From Thermoplasmata archaeon (GTDB taxonomy: Archaea; Thermoplasmatota; Thermoplasmata; Halarchaeoplasmatales; Halarchaeoplasmataceae): DNA of 64,000 bases. The position numbers and the translations under genes are program-made. The stretch covers positions 7,021-71,020 of the forward strand of contig PUNK01000039.1 of NCBI GenBank assembly GCA_003552585.1, given 5' to 3'. The notes under the pieces are model-generated. The model ran no database searches. It was not told the DNA's origin and was given only the letters and a program-made list of their open reading frames with translations. Shown piece after piece: positions 48,881 through 59,391 of the stretch. Within the stretch, counting starts at the first letter, position 1; every line of letters starts with the position of its first letter.

Positions 48881-49878
48881 AGTGTCATCATATTTTCAAG
48901 AGGGACCTCGTCGATCTCTTCTTCACCTACAATCAAAGAGCTGGTATATTCAGTCTCATCCATGGGGACTAGTACCTTTAACATTATCTGACCAGTTGGA
49001 AGTTCATCCTGAAATACTCTTATCTTTTTATCTTTATGAAGATGAAGGACTGAAACAAAGGCGGTCACGTAATCCCTTATCCTTCCATCGTGTATCATAT
49101 CGAACTCCAGCACTTTCTGACCATACCAGCAGATACGATTCCAAACCATCGACAAATCTTTTTTCATGTCTTCCTGATGAGCGTTCGAATCATACTCTTC
49201 ATTCCTTCTTTCCCGACGATCTCTCATCTGTTCAGCTCTCTCTACTCGTAACCGCTCCATCTTTTCCCTGTACTTTGCTTCTCTCCTGGCTTTTTCAAAA
49301 GCATCTACTAGTTGTATAAGAGAAACTGGCTTTTTTTCTTTTCTCCTAACCGCTTTATTCAGAGGTACTTCATTTGAGTCAAGTACCTCCTCTTCATAAT
49401 CCACGTCCCTCTCGTCTTCATAAAAGTCCCAATCAAAAAATTCCCAAGCTCCTGTGTCATCCACCTCTAATTCTTCTTCCCCTTCTTCGAGGTCTCTAGC
49501 ATCAATTAGTACTTCTTCGCACTGCATCGAAAGAACAGACCAGGCCATCTTTACTAGATGACCTGCTACTGTAAAATTTATCTTGTCTTTCTCATCTGCC
49601 TTCTCGAGGAATTGTTCCGTGAATGACAATAGATCGATATTCCAGGGATTCATCTTTTCGTCGATAACCAGCTTGAAAACAGTCGCTATAGCACATTCAA
49701 AAGGATCCTCAGAGATGTGAAAAAAGTCCTCTCCTTCAACCATATCTATATAATCATCGATCCTTTCTCCACTTCGCTCCTCATCGATCAGTGATTTGTG
49801 AAACATGAGATGTTTGACTACCTCATCCCTACTCTCTTCAATCTCCATGGGAGCAGTTTTAAAAGACTCTGTCACCAT
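48877..49878 (-). CDS. scpA: Segregation and condensation protein A (kleisin)
   Basis: It lies immediately downstream of smc (2-nt gap). 'MNPWNIDLLSFTEQFL' is an ScpA N-terminal motif, and the middle region is acidic. Confidence 0.75.
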   Translation of the reverse strand: MVTESFKTAPMEIEESRDEVVKHLMFHKSLIDEERSGERIDDYIDMVEGEDFFHISEDPFECAIATVFKLVIDEKMNPWNIDLLSFTEQFLEKADEKDKINFTVAGHLVKMAWSVLSMQCEEVLIDARDLEEGEEELEVDDTGAWEFFDWDFYEDERDVDYEEEVLDSNEVPLNKAVRRKEKKPVSLIQLVDAFEKARREAKYREKMERLRVERAEQMRDRRERRNEEYDSNAHQEDMKKDLSMVWNRICWYGQKVLEFDMIHDGRIRDYVTAFVSVLHLHKDKKIRVFQDELPTGQIMLKVLVPMDETEYTSSLIVGEEEIDEVPLENMMTL

Positions 49879-49880
49879 AT

Positions 49881-52800
49881 TCAGCTCACCTCCGTCTTAA
49901 GACTACTGATCCCAGAAAGGGTGGGTAGATCGTTTTCAGGAGATCCTGTGCTAGTACCCATATTAAGCTTCATGATGATGTCTGATAATCCATCCTCGTG
50001 CATTGTCACACCTACTAGATGATCTGATTTTTTCAATGTAGCTTTTCTCAATGATATCTGAATAAACTGTGCATCTTTTGAATTGTCTTTTATCATACCT
50101 GCTACCTTTTCAGCATTGACCCCATCCAGGTTCTGGTCTATTTCGTCGAGTAGATAAAATGGAGAGGGATCATACCGCTGAATGGAGAATATAAAAGCCA
50201 TAGAAACTAGACTCTTTTCTCCACCTGAAAGTGCCTGGATTCGATGAACCTTTTTCCCCGGAGGTCGGGCCTTTATTATTAAACCACCATCGAAAGGAGA
50301 ATCCTCATCCTCCAACTCAAGTTGTGCTTCCCCGCCTGAAAGTTCATGGTAAACCTCTGTGAAATTCTTATCTATTTCTTCCTTTACCTTTAGGAGTTCG
50401 ACCTTTTTCTTTTCGTCTAGCTCCTCGATTAGATGATCGAGTTCTTCCCTCCGCTCTTCAAGTTCCGTGTACTCTCCTTGAAGTTTCTCCATCCGCTCTT
50501 TCTTCCTTTTGTATTCATTCAAAGCGCGCATGTTAACAGTCTCTAACCTTTCCATCTCATTCTCTGCCTTTCGGATTCTGTGCTTTAGTTCCTTCATACT
50601 GGGGATATCTTTTTCGGAATAATCTATGTGCTCTTCTATACCTCCCTCAAGGTCATTTATGCTATCCATGTGACTCCGTCGGTTTTGTTCAAGGGTACGT
50701 ATGTAACTTTTTTTAGCCTCCTGTTTTGAGTCTAATTTATCAAGCTGGTTTTTTAGTTGGTACTTTTTTTCCTTTTTCTTGTCACGTTTCTCTCTTAGGT
50801 CTTCAAGTTCTTCATCCATAGAGTCTAGTTTTTTCTGAAGACCTTTCAATTCCGTTTTCTTATCTTCTACTACGCTTTTCTTTTTCTTTACTGTAGAGTT
50901 CAGATTTCTTTCTTCCTCCTTTATAGATTCTATTTTCTTTTCAGCCCCTTCTATATCTTCTTCCAAGCGTGAGATACGATCTTCTTTTATAGATAACTGA
51001 GATTCTAATTCGTTCTGTTTTTCCTTGATCTCTGATTGTTTTTTCATCAAATCTGTTAGACGCTTTGAAAGTTCCTCTGGTGTCATTGATTCGATCTTCT
51101 CAGTTATGTCGTTTCTATCTCCTTTCAGTCTTTCTATGGTCTCCTCAAGAGATTTGCACTGATTTTCCTTTTCTTTGAACTTAATTTCCAATCCTTCTTT
51201 TTCTTTTTTCTTCTTTTCTAATCTACTATTTTTATCATTGAGCTTTTTATTCAATCTTCCAAGCTCCCCTTCTAGTTCATCAGTGCTCTTCTCAATACCC
51301 CCTTCAGCCCTGATGTTTCTGATCTTGTCCTGGTATTCATTCATCTCCGACTGGATCTCTTTGATCTCTTTCTTCACTTTGGATAGGTTTTCCCGACTTG
51401 CCTGCAACTCTTTACCTATCCTATCCAGTTTTCCCCTATCTGGAGCCTCGAAGCTTATCATATTCTGCCTTAACGTACCTCCTACCATGGCACCGCTCCG
51501 CTCTATTTTTTCACCGTCAAGAGTGACCATCCTGACTCCACCCATCAACCGTCTAGCTGATTCGATATCTTTCATTACCACAGTGTCTCCAAAAACGTAC
51601 CAGAAAACATTATCGTATTTATCCTCATAATCAACTAGGTTGATGGCAAAATCGACAGCATCATCGTCCCTGGTTGCACTGATGGCTTTGCCTCTGGGCC
51701 GACCACTCATCATCTTATTCAAAGGTAAAAAGGTTGCTCGTCCAGCTTTATTTCTTTTCAGGTAGTCAATTGCTTCAGATGCCCTTGCGTCATCATCGAC
51801 CACTATGGACTGCATCCTCCCTCCAGCAGATACTTGAAGTGCGGTTTCGTATTGTTTATCCACATCTGCTATCTCGGCTATAGTACCGTGTATACCTTCT
51901 AGCTCACCTTTATCCCTAGCTTCAAGGATTTTTGAAACAGCTCTGCTGTATCCTCTACGAACAGATTTTGCAGCTTCTTCCTGAGCTTTGAGATGATTGT
52001 ATTCACGGTCCAATCTGTCTACTCTCTTTTCTAAATCTTCTTTATCATCTTGTAATCTTTTCTCATTCTTTCTTGCATCGTGAAATTTTTTCTTCAATTC
52101 CTTCAGTTCGTTTTCTACTTCGCGATTGTTTTTACGGGCCTCTTTCAGCTTCCACTTGAGTTCCTTTTTCTCGAACTGAAGACTCTCATGTTCCTCCTCT
52201 ATCTCTGATATGTCTTCTACTATCCTTTCGATCTTGTCCTCTATTTTATCCAACTCAAGATGTAGTTCCCTTCTTTCCTCATCCTTTTCTTCAAATTCCT
52301 TCCTCAGTTTTACTCCCTCTTTCTTTAATTCAACGATCCGGTCATTCGACGCTGATTGTTTCTCCTCTATAGATCCCTTCTTCTCTTTAACGGATTCAAG
52401 CTCTTCTTCTACAACATCTAGCTTTTCTTTTATCTTCCTAGCTGATTTTTTCTTATCTGTCAACTCTTCTCTATTCTTTTTGAGTTCCTCTCTCAGCTCC
52501 TCTCTTATATCTTCGTTATCCTTAAGTTTCTTTTCACAAGACTCGATCATATCCTCAGCTCGATAACGAGTGAGCTTGAGTTCGTTGACTTTATCCCGAA
52601 GCTTCTTACTTTCATCACTCCCTTTATCCTCGAGTTCCTTTTCTATCTCCTTTAATTCATCTTCTAATTCATGGATAGTTTGTTTGATTTCTTCTTTTTT
52701 TCCATCGATTTCGTTTATTTTTTCCTTATTCTTATCTATATCCTCTTCGATCGAAGTAAGGTCAGCCTGTAGTTCCTCTCTTTCCTTCCAATCCTTCATG

Positions 52801-53495
52801 GATTTCGATTCTTTTATTCTGTCAGACAATTCCTGGTATTTCAATGCATCCTTTCTATCCTCTTCTAATTCCTCAACCTGTCTTCCAAGTTCATCTAATA
52901 TGAGATTAATTCGATCTAGGTCATCCCTTACATCCTCCTTTTTCTCCTCTGCATCCTCTATATCTTTATCGTAATCGCTGATGCCAGATATGTCTTCAAG
53001 GATCCCCCTTCTTTCATAGTCGCTCATCTCTACGATCCTTGAAATGTCACCCTGCTGTACTAAGTTGTATCCTCCTGCTGCTATTTTAGCATGTGATAAC
53101 AACTCTTGAAATTCAGTAAGAGAAGAACTTCTACCGTTAAGGTAGAAATAGGAGTTGTATCCCATATTATTGTCAGACTTCTGTACTTTTCTAGTAAAGG
53201 TGACTTCGTCATCGTTTCGTGGTATGGTTCTATCCTTGTTTTCAAAAGTCAAACTGACTCTGCAGAAATCAGCTGGTTTACCCTCTTTACCCCCATTGAA
53301 TATTAGATCCGTCAGACGTCCTGCCCTCATTTCTTTTGAACTCTTTGGTCCAAGGACGAACAATATGGCATCTGAAATATTTGATTTTCCAGACCCATTG
53401 GGTCCTGTGATGTTAGTGTACCCCTTTTCAAAAGGTATATCTATCTTACTTCCAAAAGACTTAAAATTCTCTAGATGTACTTTCTTTAAGTGCAA
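49881..53495 (-). CDS. smc: SMC chromosome segregation ATPase
   Basis: Walker A 'GPNGSGKSN', long coiled coils, a hinge, signature 'LSGGEKS' and Walker B 'FYLLDEID'. TTG start. Confidence 0.95.
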   Translation of the reverse strand: MHLKKVHLENFKSFGSKIDIPFEKGYTNITGPNGSGKSNISDAILFVLGPKSSKEMRAGRLTDLIFNGGKEGKPADFCRVSLTFENKDRTIPRNDDEVTFTRKVQKSDNNMGYNSYFYLNGRSSSLTEFQELLSHAKIAAGGYNLVQQGDISRIVEMSDYERRGILEDISGISDYDKDIEDAEEKKEDVRDDLDRINLILDELGRQVEELEEDRKDALKYQELSDRIKESKSMKDWKEREELQADLTSIEEDIDKNKEKINEIDGKKEEIKQTIHELEDELKEIEKELEDKGSDESKKLRDKVNELKLTRYRAEDMIESCEKKLKDNEDIREELREELKKNREELTDKKKSARKIKEKLDVVEEELESVKEKKGSIEEKQSASNDRIVELKKEGVKLRKEFEEKDEERRELHLELDKIEDKIERIVEDISEIEEEHESLQFEKKELKWKLKEARKNNREVENELKELKKKFHDARKNEKRLQDDKEDLEKRVDRLDREYNHLKAQEEAAKSVRRGYSRAVSKILEARDKGELEGIHGTIAEIADVDKQYETALQVSAGGRMQSIVVDDDARASEAIDYLKRNKAGRATFLPLNKMMSGRPRGKAISATRDDDAVDFAINLVDYEDKYDNVFWYVFGDTVVMKDIESARRLMGGVRMVTLDGEKIERSGAMVGGTLRQNMISFEAPDRGKLDRIGKELQASRENLSKVKKEIKEIQSEMNEYQDKIRNIRAEGGIEKSTDELEGELGRLNKKLNDKNSRLEKKKKEKEGLEIKFKEKENQCKSLEETIERLKGDRNDITEKIESMTPEELSKRLTDLMKKQSEIKEKQNELESQLSIKEDRISRLEEDIEGAEKKIESIKEEERNLNSTVKKKKSVVEDKKTELKGLQKKLDSMDEELEDLREKRDKKKEKKYQLKNQLDKLDSKQEAKKSYIRTLEQNRRSHMDSINDLEGGIEEHIDYSEKDIPSMKELKHRIRKAENEMERLETVNMRALNEYKRKKERMEKLQGEYTELEERREELDHLIEELDEKKKVELLKVKEEIDKNFTEVYHELSGGEAQLELEDEDSPFDGGLIIKARPPGKKVHRIQALSGGEKSLVSMAFIFSIQRYDPSPFYLLDEIDQNLDGVNAEKVAGMIKDNSKDAQFIQISLRKATLKKSDHLVGVTMHEDGLSDIIMKLNMGTSTGSPENDLPTLSGISSLKTEVS

Positions 53496-53714
53496 ATTAT
53501 TCCCCCTCCAGAAGAAGATTTCGGCTCCTCAATCATACCAGATTCATTCGAGTTAGAGTGCATTGGATATCCCATCCTAGTCTAATTATTGGTCCGACGA
53601 TACGTCAGACATTAGTATTAGAGGTTTATAACTATAAAAAAATTGTGGTCAAATTCTTTATCTTCTCCAAGAAAAGGTTAAAATACTTTAAACCACAATG
53701 AATAATCGATTCCA

Positions 53715-54404
53715 ATGCGATCAAAAAGAGGATTAAAAGCCTTTTTCATCCTTATTATTGTGATCATCTTAGCTGTGTCCAGTTCCGCTGCAGGTATCGA
53801 TTTTACCCACGAGTTCAGGGATTCTAAGGGAGACGTTTTAGATGTCCGAGGAAATCCTGTCGACAACCCAGATATAGATATAATCTTCGTGGAAACTTGG
53901 GCAGAAGGTGGTTACGTACACTTCAGACTAGAAGTCGATGGAGAGATAAGACAATCTGAAGAGGAATATGCATATACATTCTACGCTATCGAAGAGAAAA
54001 ATAAAACCATTGGCGAAGCCAGCGGCGTGATGGTATATTTCTCAGACAACGAAGCGGGCTATGTATTGATAAATGATGTAGAAGAGTATGGTGAGGCGGA
54101 ATTCGACGTTGACGGGGGACAAATGACCATCTCTGTGAACATAGATGTGTTCGAATTTATGGAAGAATTTCACATATACGTTTTGACTAATTACTTCACT
54201 GAATTTGAAGACCAGAGGCAAACCGACAACGCTTCATCCTGGGAGAAGCCTCCACCAAACGACGAAACACCAGAGAACTATGACCCAATAAACGGTGAAG
54301 AAAACGATAATGACACCCCGTGGCTTGGCATTATCGGTACGATCCTCGCTTTAAGCTTTGCTTTGCTTTGTAAAAGGAAGTTCGGCGATAAATATGATAG
54401 ATAG
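53715..54404 (+). CDS. Hypothetical secreted acidic protein with a C-terminal TM anchor
   Basis: Signal-like 'FFILIIVIILAVSSSAAG', acidic body and C-terminal 'WLGIIGTILALSFALLCKRK'. Confidence 0.5.
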   Translation: MRSKRGLKAFFILIIVIILAVSSSAAGIDFTHEFRDSKGDVLDVRGNPVDNPDIDIIFVETWAEGGYVHFRLEVDGEIRQSEEEYAYTFYAIEEKNKTIGEASGVMVYFSDNEAGYVLINDVEEYGEAEFDVDGGQMTISVNIDVFEFMEEFHIYVLTNYFTEFEDQRQTDNASSWEKPPPNDETPENYDPINGEENDNDTPWLGIIGTILALSFALLCKRKFGDKYDR

Positions 54405-54559
54405 TTTAGGTCTAGTTATTTTCTTCCTAAGATGACTAGTCCACTGGCTTTTTCTTCATAATCAGACCCTTATTTTTCATCCATTTCAACAACTTAATTT
54501 TAATTATATGATGGGGGTTTTAACTATTGTTTCTAATTTGAGAAAAAATTAACCCCAAC

Positions 54560-55369
54560 TCAGATGTCGTTGTATATTGGAAGCATCGGACATGTCATCC
54601 CTGCATCACCTTTCCAGAACTCAGATATGTTTATTTTAACAGCCGTGTACCCAAAGTCCTCTAGTATATCAACTGTTCTTGTATATGCCTTTGGAATTAG
54701 GATCTTTTTGTCACCCAAATAGAGCATATTTATAGGTTTATTTTTGTACACTGTATCCTGTTTATCCATCGAGATCTCGATCAGTTCGAATCCTTTGAAA
54801 TGATCTAAATCTACAACCTCAGGACATATCGCAAGGGTCCCGTCACCTACGAAGTTAACACCAGATAATAGGTGAAATACCTTTGAAACAGGAACTTTTA
54901 TGATATCAATATCAGAGAAATGCTTGGATAGCTGTTCTATGCCCTCTTTGTTCGTTCTTTCAGAAATACCTACAAAAATCTTTTTCCTATCAGTGACAAG
55001 GATGTCACCTCCTTCAATAGTCCCTGGAGGCTCGATACACTTTACGTTATAACCTTCTTCTAAGAACATATTCGCTATACTCTCTTCCTCTCCCCTCCTC
55101 AGAGGGATACCGAACCTGCAGATAACTGCAGTATTGGATTCCTTTCCTATTAAGGCAGTGTCCTGTACAAATATACTGTCTGGATAAGATTCTAAAGGGG
55201 ACAGTTTTTGAACTTGAACTCCATGGTTTTCGAGAATCCTGACATATTTTTCATGCTGCTCTAAAGTTTTCTCCATATCTATCGTATTGTGTTTAGGATT
55301 CTTGGACACGCATTTGGTATAACTCTTTCCAGGGGTTCTTACCAACACTTCGTCGAACAATCTAGTCAT
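54560..55369 (-). CDS. Amidinotransferase-superfamily enzyme (DDAH / arginine deiminase-like)
   Basis: 'PDSIFVQDTA', 'GTIEGGDILV', 'FVGISERTN', 'FHLLSG' and a C-terminal 'GDAGMTCP' Cys loop. Confidence 0.6.
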   Translation of the reverse strand: MTRLFDEVLVRTPGKSYTKCVSKNPKHNTIDMEKTLEQHEKYVRILENHGVQVQKLSPLESYPDSIFVQDTALIGKESNTAVICRFGIPLRRGEEESIANMFLEEGYNVKCIEPPGTIEGGDILVTDRKKIFVGISERTNKEGIEQLSKHFSDIDIIKVPVSKVFHLLSGVNFVGDGTLAICPEVVDLDHFKGFELIEISMDKQDTVYKNKPINMLYLGDKKILIPKAYTRTVDILEDFGYTAVKINISEFWKGDAGMTCPMLPIYNDI

Positions 55370-55497
55370 TGAATTTACCTATACTAGAAGGGATTTAAAA
55401 CTATCTAAAGAACGATTACTATGATGTGAGATCAATAGAGGGGGGTTGCAAACAAAATGATTTAATAATGCCCGACAATTGACCTCATGGTGCTTAA

Positions 55498-56784
55498 ATG
55501 AAAAAAGATGTCAAATATATATACAAACAGGTGGAAAAACACCATGAGTGGTTCTCCAATTCACTCCCGATGATAGCGTCAGAGAATGTCATAAGTCCTT
55601 TGGCTAGAGACCTGATGCTATCTGATTTTCAGGATAGATATGCAGAAGGTGCTCCAGGTGACCGATACTATCAAGGTAACATCTACGTTGATGAGGTGGA
55701 GATAAGGGTTCAAGAACTCGCTAAAGAACTCTTCGATGTCAAATACGCTGATGTTAGACCTATATCCGGAACTGTCGCCAACATGGCAGTGTTGATGGCT
55801 TTAGGAGGACCAGACAAATCCATAACCTCGGTGGACGTGTCTGATGGAGCTCACATAAGCAGTGCAGTTTTTGGTGCCGTGGGAATGAGAGGAATGAAGC
55901 CAAAAAATTACCCGTTCGATGTAGACGAGATGAATATTAAATTGGACGAAACGAAAGAGATGCTCATGGAAGAAAAACCAGATATAGCTCTCTTCGGACA
56001 ATCTGTTTTCCTCTTTCCACCACCCTTAGAAGAGCTGCAGGACATATTCCAAGAGATTGGATGTCATGTTTGGTACGACGGTGCGCATGTACTGGGATTG
56101 ATAGCAGGAGGAGAGTTCCAAGATCCCATGAGAGAGGGAGTCGAAGTCATGACCGGAAGCACTCATAAAACTTTACCAGGCCCACAGAGAGGTATCCTCC
56201 TTGCAGATCCAAGGAACGAGGAGATAAAAGAGAGGCTCTTTTACGGTGTGTTCCCAGGGGTGCTGTCCAACCATCATCTACACACGATGGCTGCCCTTGG
56301 AGTAACACTGGCTGAACATATAGAATTCGGCCAAAGATATGCACGACAGATTATAAAAAATGCTAAAGCGTTGGGTCAGGCTTTATATGAAAGAGATTTC
56401 GATGTGCTTTGTGCTCACAAGGGTTTCACTGAATCTCATACCATCGCGATAGATGTACGTGAATACGGCGGTGGTGAAACAGGTGTAGAGGCTATGGAAG
56501 AAGCGAATATGATCGCAAACAAAAACCTACTACCATGGGACGATGTTGATAGCGCTCTAGAGCCTAGTGGTATACGTTTAGGTTCTCAGGAATTAACACG
56601 TCTTGGCATGAAAGAGAGCCATATGGACGAAGTCGCTGATTTCATAAAGAGGGTTGTTATAGAAGACGAAGAGCCGCAGAAAGTCAAAGAAGATGTTAAA
56701 GAATTCAGAAGTGACTTCGAAGGTATACATTACTGCTACAAAGAAGGGATGCCAGCTCATAAAAGATTCTCTTTCCTGAGATAA
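55498..56784 (+). CDS. glyA: Serine hydroxymethyltransferase
   Basis: 'SENVISPLA', 'RYYQGN' and the PLP-Lys motif 'GSTHKTLPGPQRG'. Confidence 0.93.
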   Translation: MKKDVKYIYKQVEKHHEWFSNSLPMIASENVISPLARDLMLSDFQDRYAEGAPGDRYYQGNIYVDEVEIRVQELAKELFDVKYADVRPISGTVANMAVLMALGGPDKSITSVDVSDGAHISSAVFGAVGMRGMKPKNYPFDVDEMNIKLDETKEMLMEEKPDIALFGQSVFLFPPPLEELQDIFQEIGCHVWYDGAHVLGLIAGGEFQDPMREGVEVMTGSTHKTLPGPQRGILLADPRNEEIKERLFYGVFPGVLSNHHLHTMAALGVTLAEHIEFGQRYARQIIKNAKALGQALYERDFDVLCAHKGFTESHTIAIDVREYGGGETGVEAMEEANMIANKNLLPWDDVDSALEPSGIRLGSQELTRLGMKESHMDEVADFIKRVVIEDEEPQKVKEDVKEFRSDFEGIHYCYKEGMPAHKRFSFLR

Positions 56785-56808
56785 AAAACCAACCTTTTTC
56801 TTCTTTTT

Positions 56809-57189
56809 TTATTCTATGAATTTTTTATAATTTTTGCCTGACATCAATTCCTCTATCTCTGTTTCATCAATAATCTCGATGACCGCTATCCATCCTTCTC
56901 CATAAGGATCTTCATTTATGCTTTCAGGGGACATCTCGAGCTCATCGTTAACTCTTATCACTTTTCCAGATACTGGTGAATATATGTCGGAAACGGTTTT
57001 AACCGATTCAACGACTCCTATCATATCACCCATGTCGAATTCTTCACCAACTTCTGGAAGCTCCACATAAACTATATCCCCAAGCTCTTCTTGAGCATAT
57101 GAAGTTAACCCAAACTGCAGTTCATCACCTTCAACTTTGCACCATTCGTGATCTTCAGTATATTTCAAATCTTCTGGTATCTCGACCAT
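56809..57189 (-). CDS. gcvH: Glycine cleavage system protein H
   Basis: 'YTEDHEW' and the lipoyl-Lys motif 'VESVKTVSDIYSPVSG', 126 aa. Confidence 0.92.
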   Translation of the reverse strand: MVEIPEDLKYTEDHEWCKVEGDELQFGLTSYAQEELGDIVYVELPEVGEEFDMGDMIGVVESVKTVSDIYSPVSGKVIRVNDELEMSPESINEDPYGEGWIAVIEIIDETEIEELMSGKNYKKFIE

Positions 57190-57223
57190 TTAAACACCAC
57201 CTTCTAAAAGAGTCATCCGATAT

Positions 57224-57883
57224 TTAAGGTATTCGTATCTCTCTTCGATCATCGTTATACACTACGAGAACTCCTGCACAAGAAGATACCTGCGTATATC
57301 TACACTGGATCGACCTATCTCTCAATGCAGAACAGAACTCATCGGCAACGATGTAGTGTTCGCTGTCGTCCCATTCCTCCAAGTTCCTTTTCCGACAATG
57401 CTCCCTGTCTTTACTATCCTTGAACGATACATCCCCGATGATGATCGTTCCCTCTTCGGTTAGTAGCTCCTTCAGGGAACAGATCAGATCGATCTTTTCA
57501 TCGTCTTCTAGATGATGGATCGCATAGGACGAGATAATATTATCTAATCTCTCGTCACACAATTCATCGGGGATCCCGTCCTTGAGATCCTGTACATAGA
57601 ACTCTGAATCCGGCATCTTCTCTTCAGCCCGATGGATCATCTCCGGCGAAAAGTCCACACCGACGATCACAGCCCCTCTTTTGTACAATTCATAACTCAA
57701 CAGACCTGTTCCTACTCCTAGGTCTAATATCTTCTTCCCCTTCACTCCACCCAAAGTATTTCGAACAAACCTCAACGTTTCGCGGTAACCTTCGAATGGA
57801 TATCCCTTCTGCTGATCAATAGAGACATCATAGTCTTCAGCCCATTCGTCGAAACCCTTATTATCCATCAAAACCCAGATCAC
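57224..57883 (-). CDS. Class I SAM-dependent methyltransferase
   Basis: Motif I 'ILDLGVGTGLLS' and 'VGVDFSPEMI'. Confidence 0.75.
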   Translation of the reverse strand: MIWVLMDNKGFDEWAEDYDVSIDQQKGYPFEGYRETLRFVRNTLGGVKGKKILDLGVGTGLLSYELYKRGAVIVGVDFSPEMIHRAEEKMPDSEFYVQDLKDGIPDELCDERLDNIISSYAIHHLEDDEKIDLICSLKELLTEEGTIIIGDVSFKDSKDREHCRKRNLEEWDDSEHYIVADEFCSALRDRSIQCRYTQVSSCAGVLVVYNDDRREIRIP

Positions 57884-59373
57884 TCCTCTCTTGAGTCATA
57901 AACAATCTTACCATTGACCACCGTCATGATCACTTCAATATCCCTAAGATTTTCAGATTTCAACGGATTCTCGGAAAGCACCGTGAAATCCGCATACATA
58001 CCATCTCTCAACTCACCGAGCTTTTCTTCATCCTTTCCCGCATATGCACTGTTGGATATATAACTCTGTAAAGCATTATAAACCGATATTCTCTGCTCTA
58101 AAATGGGATGATGGGTGGCTGAATAAACACCATACATAGGAGACATGGGCATAGTGTCTGATCCGAAGGCCATCTTAACCAGAGAACGCTGTATATCCCA
58201 AAAAGGGTTGCACTTTTGAAGTCTTTCTTTGCCCAATCTTTTCTCGTTCATCCCTCCTTCCTTGGACCAGTTATAAGCAAAATTAGGCTGGACTGAAAGG
58301 ATAAGACCCATATTTCTTATACGCTTGGTATTGACTTCATCCACCATCTCTCCGTGTTCTATCCTGTGCCTATACTTTCTTGGATCTTGTGATGCCGACT
58401 CATATGCATCAAGAAGAGAAGATATAGCACGATCGCCGATGGCATGCGCCATCACCTGAAAACCTCTCTCCTCTGCATCAGTTATAATGTCCTCTATTTC
58501 ATCAGCAGACAATAGGAGTTCACCCTTATTGCCGGGATCGTCTTCATAATCTTCAGTGAGTGCTGCAGTTTTTCCACCAAGCGAACCATCGACAAAAATT
58601 TTAACACCCCTTAGTGAAAGATGCTCGCTATTTTCAACAGGTTCGAGATCTTCAGATTCTTCATGAAGTACATAACCTCTAACCCTCAGGTCCAGTCCTT
58701 TTTCTTCATCCAGAGATTTGTAAGCTTCCCATGCATCCCTATCCATAATTTCGTGTATTCCTGTGATACCAAGTGAATGCGCTTTTTTTATTGCCTTTTC
58801 TATAGCTTCCTTTTTATCCTCGAGAGATACTCCAATAATATCATCTAGATTCCAAAGAGGATCTTCTTTTATTATACCTTTATCTGCATCAACGAATTTG
58901 GATTCGCTGTCAAATTCTTCTAAGGCCATTGAGTTGGCCACGGCAATATGACCACATACCCGTTTTATTAATATTGGATGATTATCCGATATATCGTCAA
59001 GGTCACTTTTAGATGGAAGATGGTCTCTTTTCCATCGAGTTTCATCGAATCCATGTCCGATTATCCATTCATCTTCTGTACTCTCATCTAATGACTTCTG
59101 CAAGTAATATTTCGCTTCCTTAAAACTATCTGTGTCCGAAAGATCTACTCTGTCGATACCAAGACCCAGATGGAGTAAATGAGTATGGGAATCTATGAAT
59201 CCAGGTAGAACAGTAAAGCCTTTTAAATTTACCAAGCTATCGCTCTCTTCCATTATAGTATCATAATCACCCATATTTCTCAACTTTGCATCTTTCACCA
59301 TGAAGCCATGTAAAGTCTTCGAACGACCAGTTAAAGTGATTACATCGCAATTGATAAATCCAACAGTCATCAT
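57880..59373 (-). CDS. Metal-dependent amidohydrolase (amidohydrolase-3/YtcJ-like)
   Basis: 'PGFIDSHTHLLHLG', 'HAIGD' and 'FGSD'. It overlaps the methyltransferase gene by 4 nt. Confidence 0.7.
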   Translation of the reverse strand: MMTVGFINCDVITLTGRSKTLHGFMVKDAKLRNMGDYDTIMEESDSLVNLKGFTVLPGFIDSHTHLLHLGLGIDRVDLSDTDSFKEAKYYLQKSLDESTEDEWIIGHGFDETRWKRDHLPSKSDLDDISDNHPILIKRVCGHIAVANSMALEEFDSESKFVDADKGIIKEDPLWNLDDIIGVSLEDKKEAIEKAIKKAHSLGITGIHEIMDRDAWEAYKSLDEEKGLDLRVRGYVLHEESEDLEPVENSEHLSLRGVKIFVDGSLGGKTAALTEDYEDDPGNKGELLLSADEIEDIITDAEERGFQVMAHAIGDRAISSLLDAYESASQDPRKYRHRIEHGEMVDEVNTKRIRNMGLILSVQPNFAYNWSKEGGMNEKRLGKERLQKCNPFWDIQRSLVKMAFGSDTMPMSPMYGVYSATHHPILEQRISVYNALQSYISNSAYAGKDEEKLGELRDGMYADFTVLSENPLKSENLRDIEVIMTVVNGKIVYDSREE

Positions 59374-59391
59374 AACTCCCTCATAAAGATC

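Noticed and set aside
51175-53556. Several long Ser/Leu/Phe-rich ORFs on the plus strand (51175-51630, 52210-52566, 52570-52974, 53155-53556).
   Set aside because: They are antisense to the K/E-rich coiled-coil region of smc. GAA/AAG/AAA codons read backwards give TTC/CTT/TTT. The products are low-complexity and have no start context.
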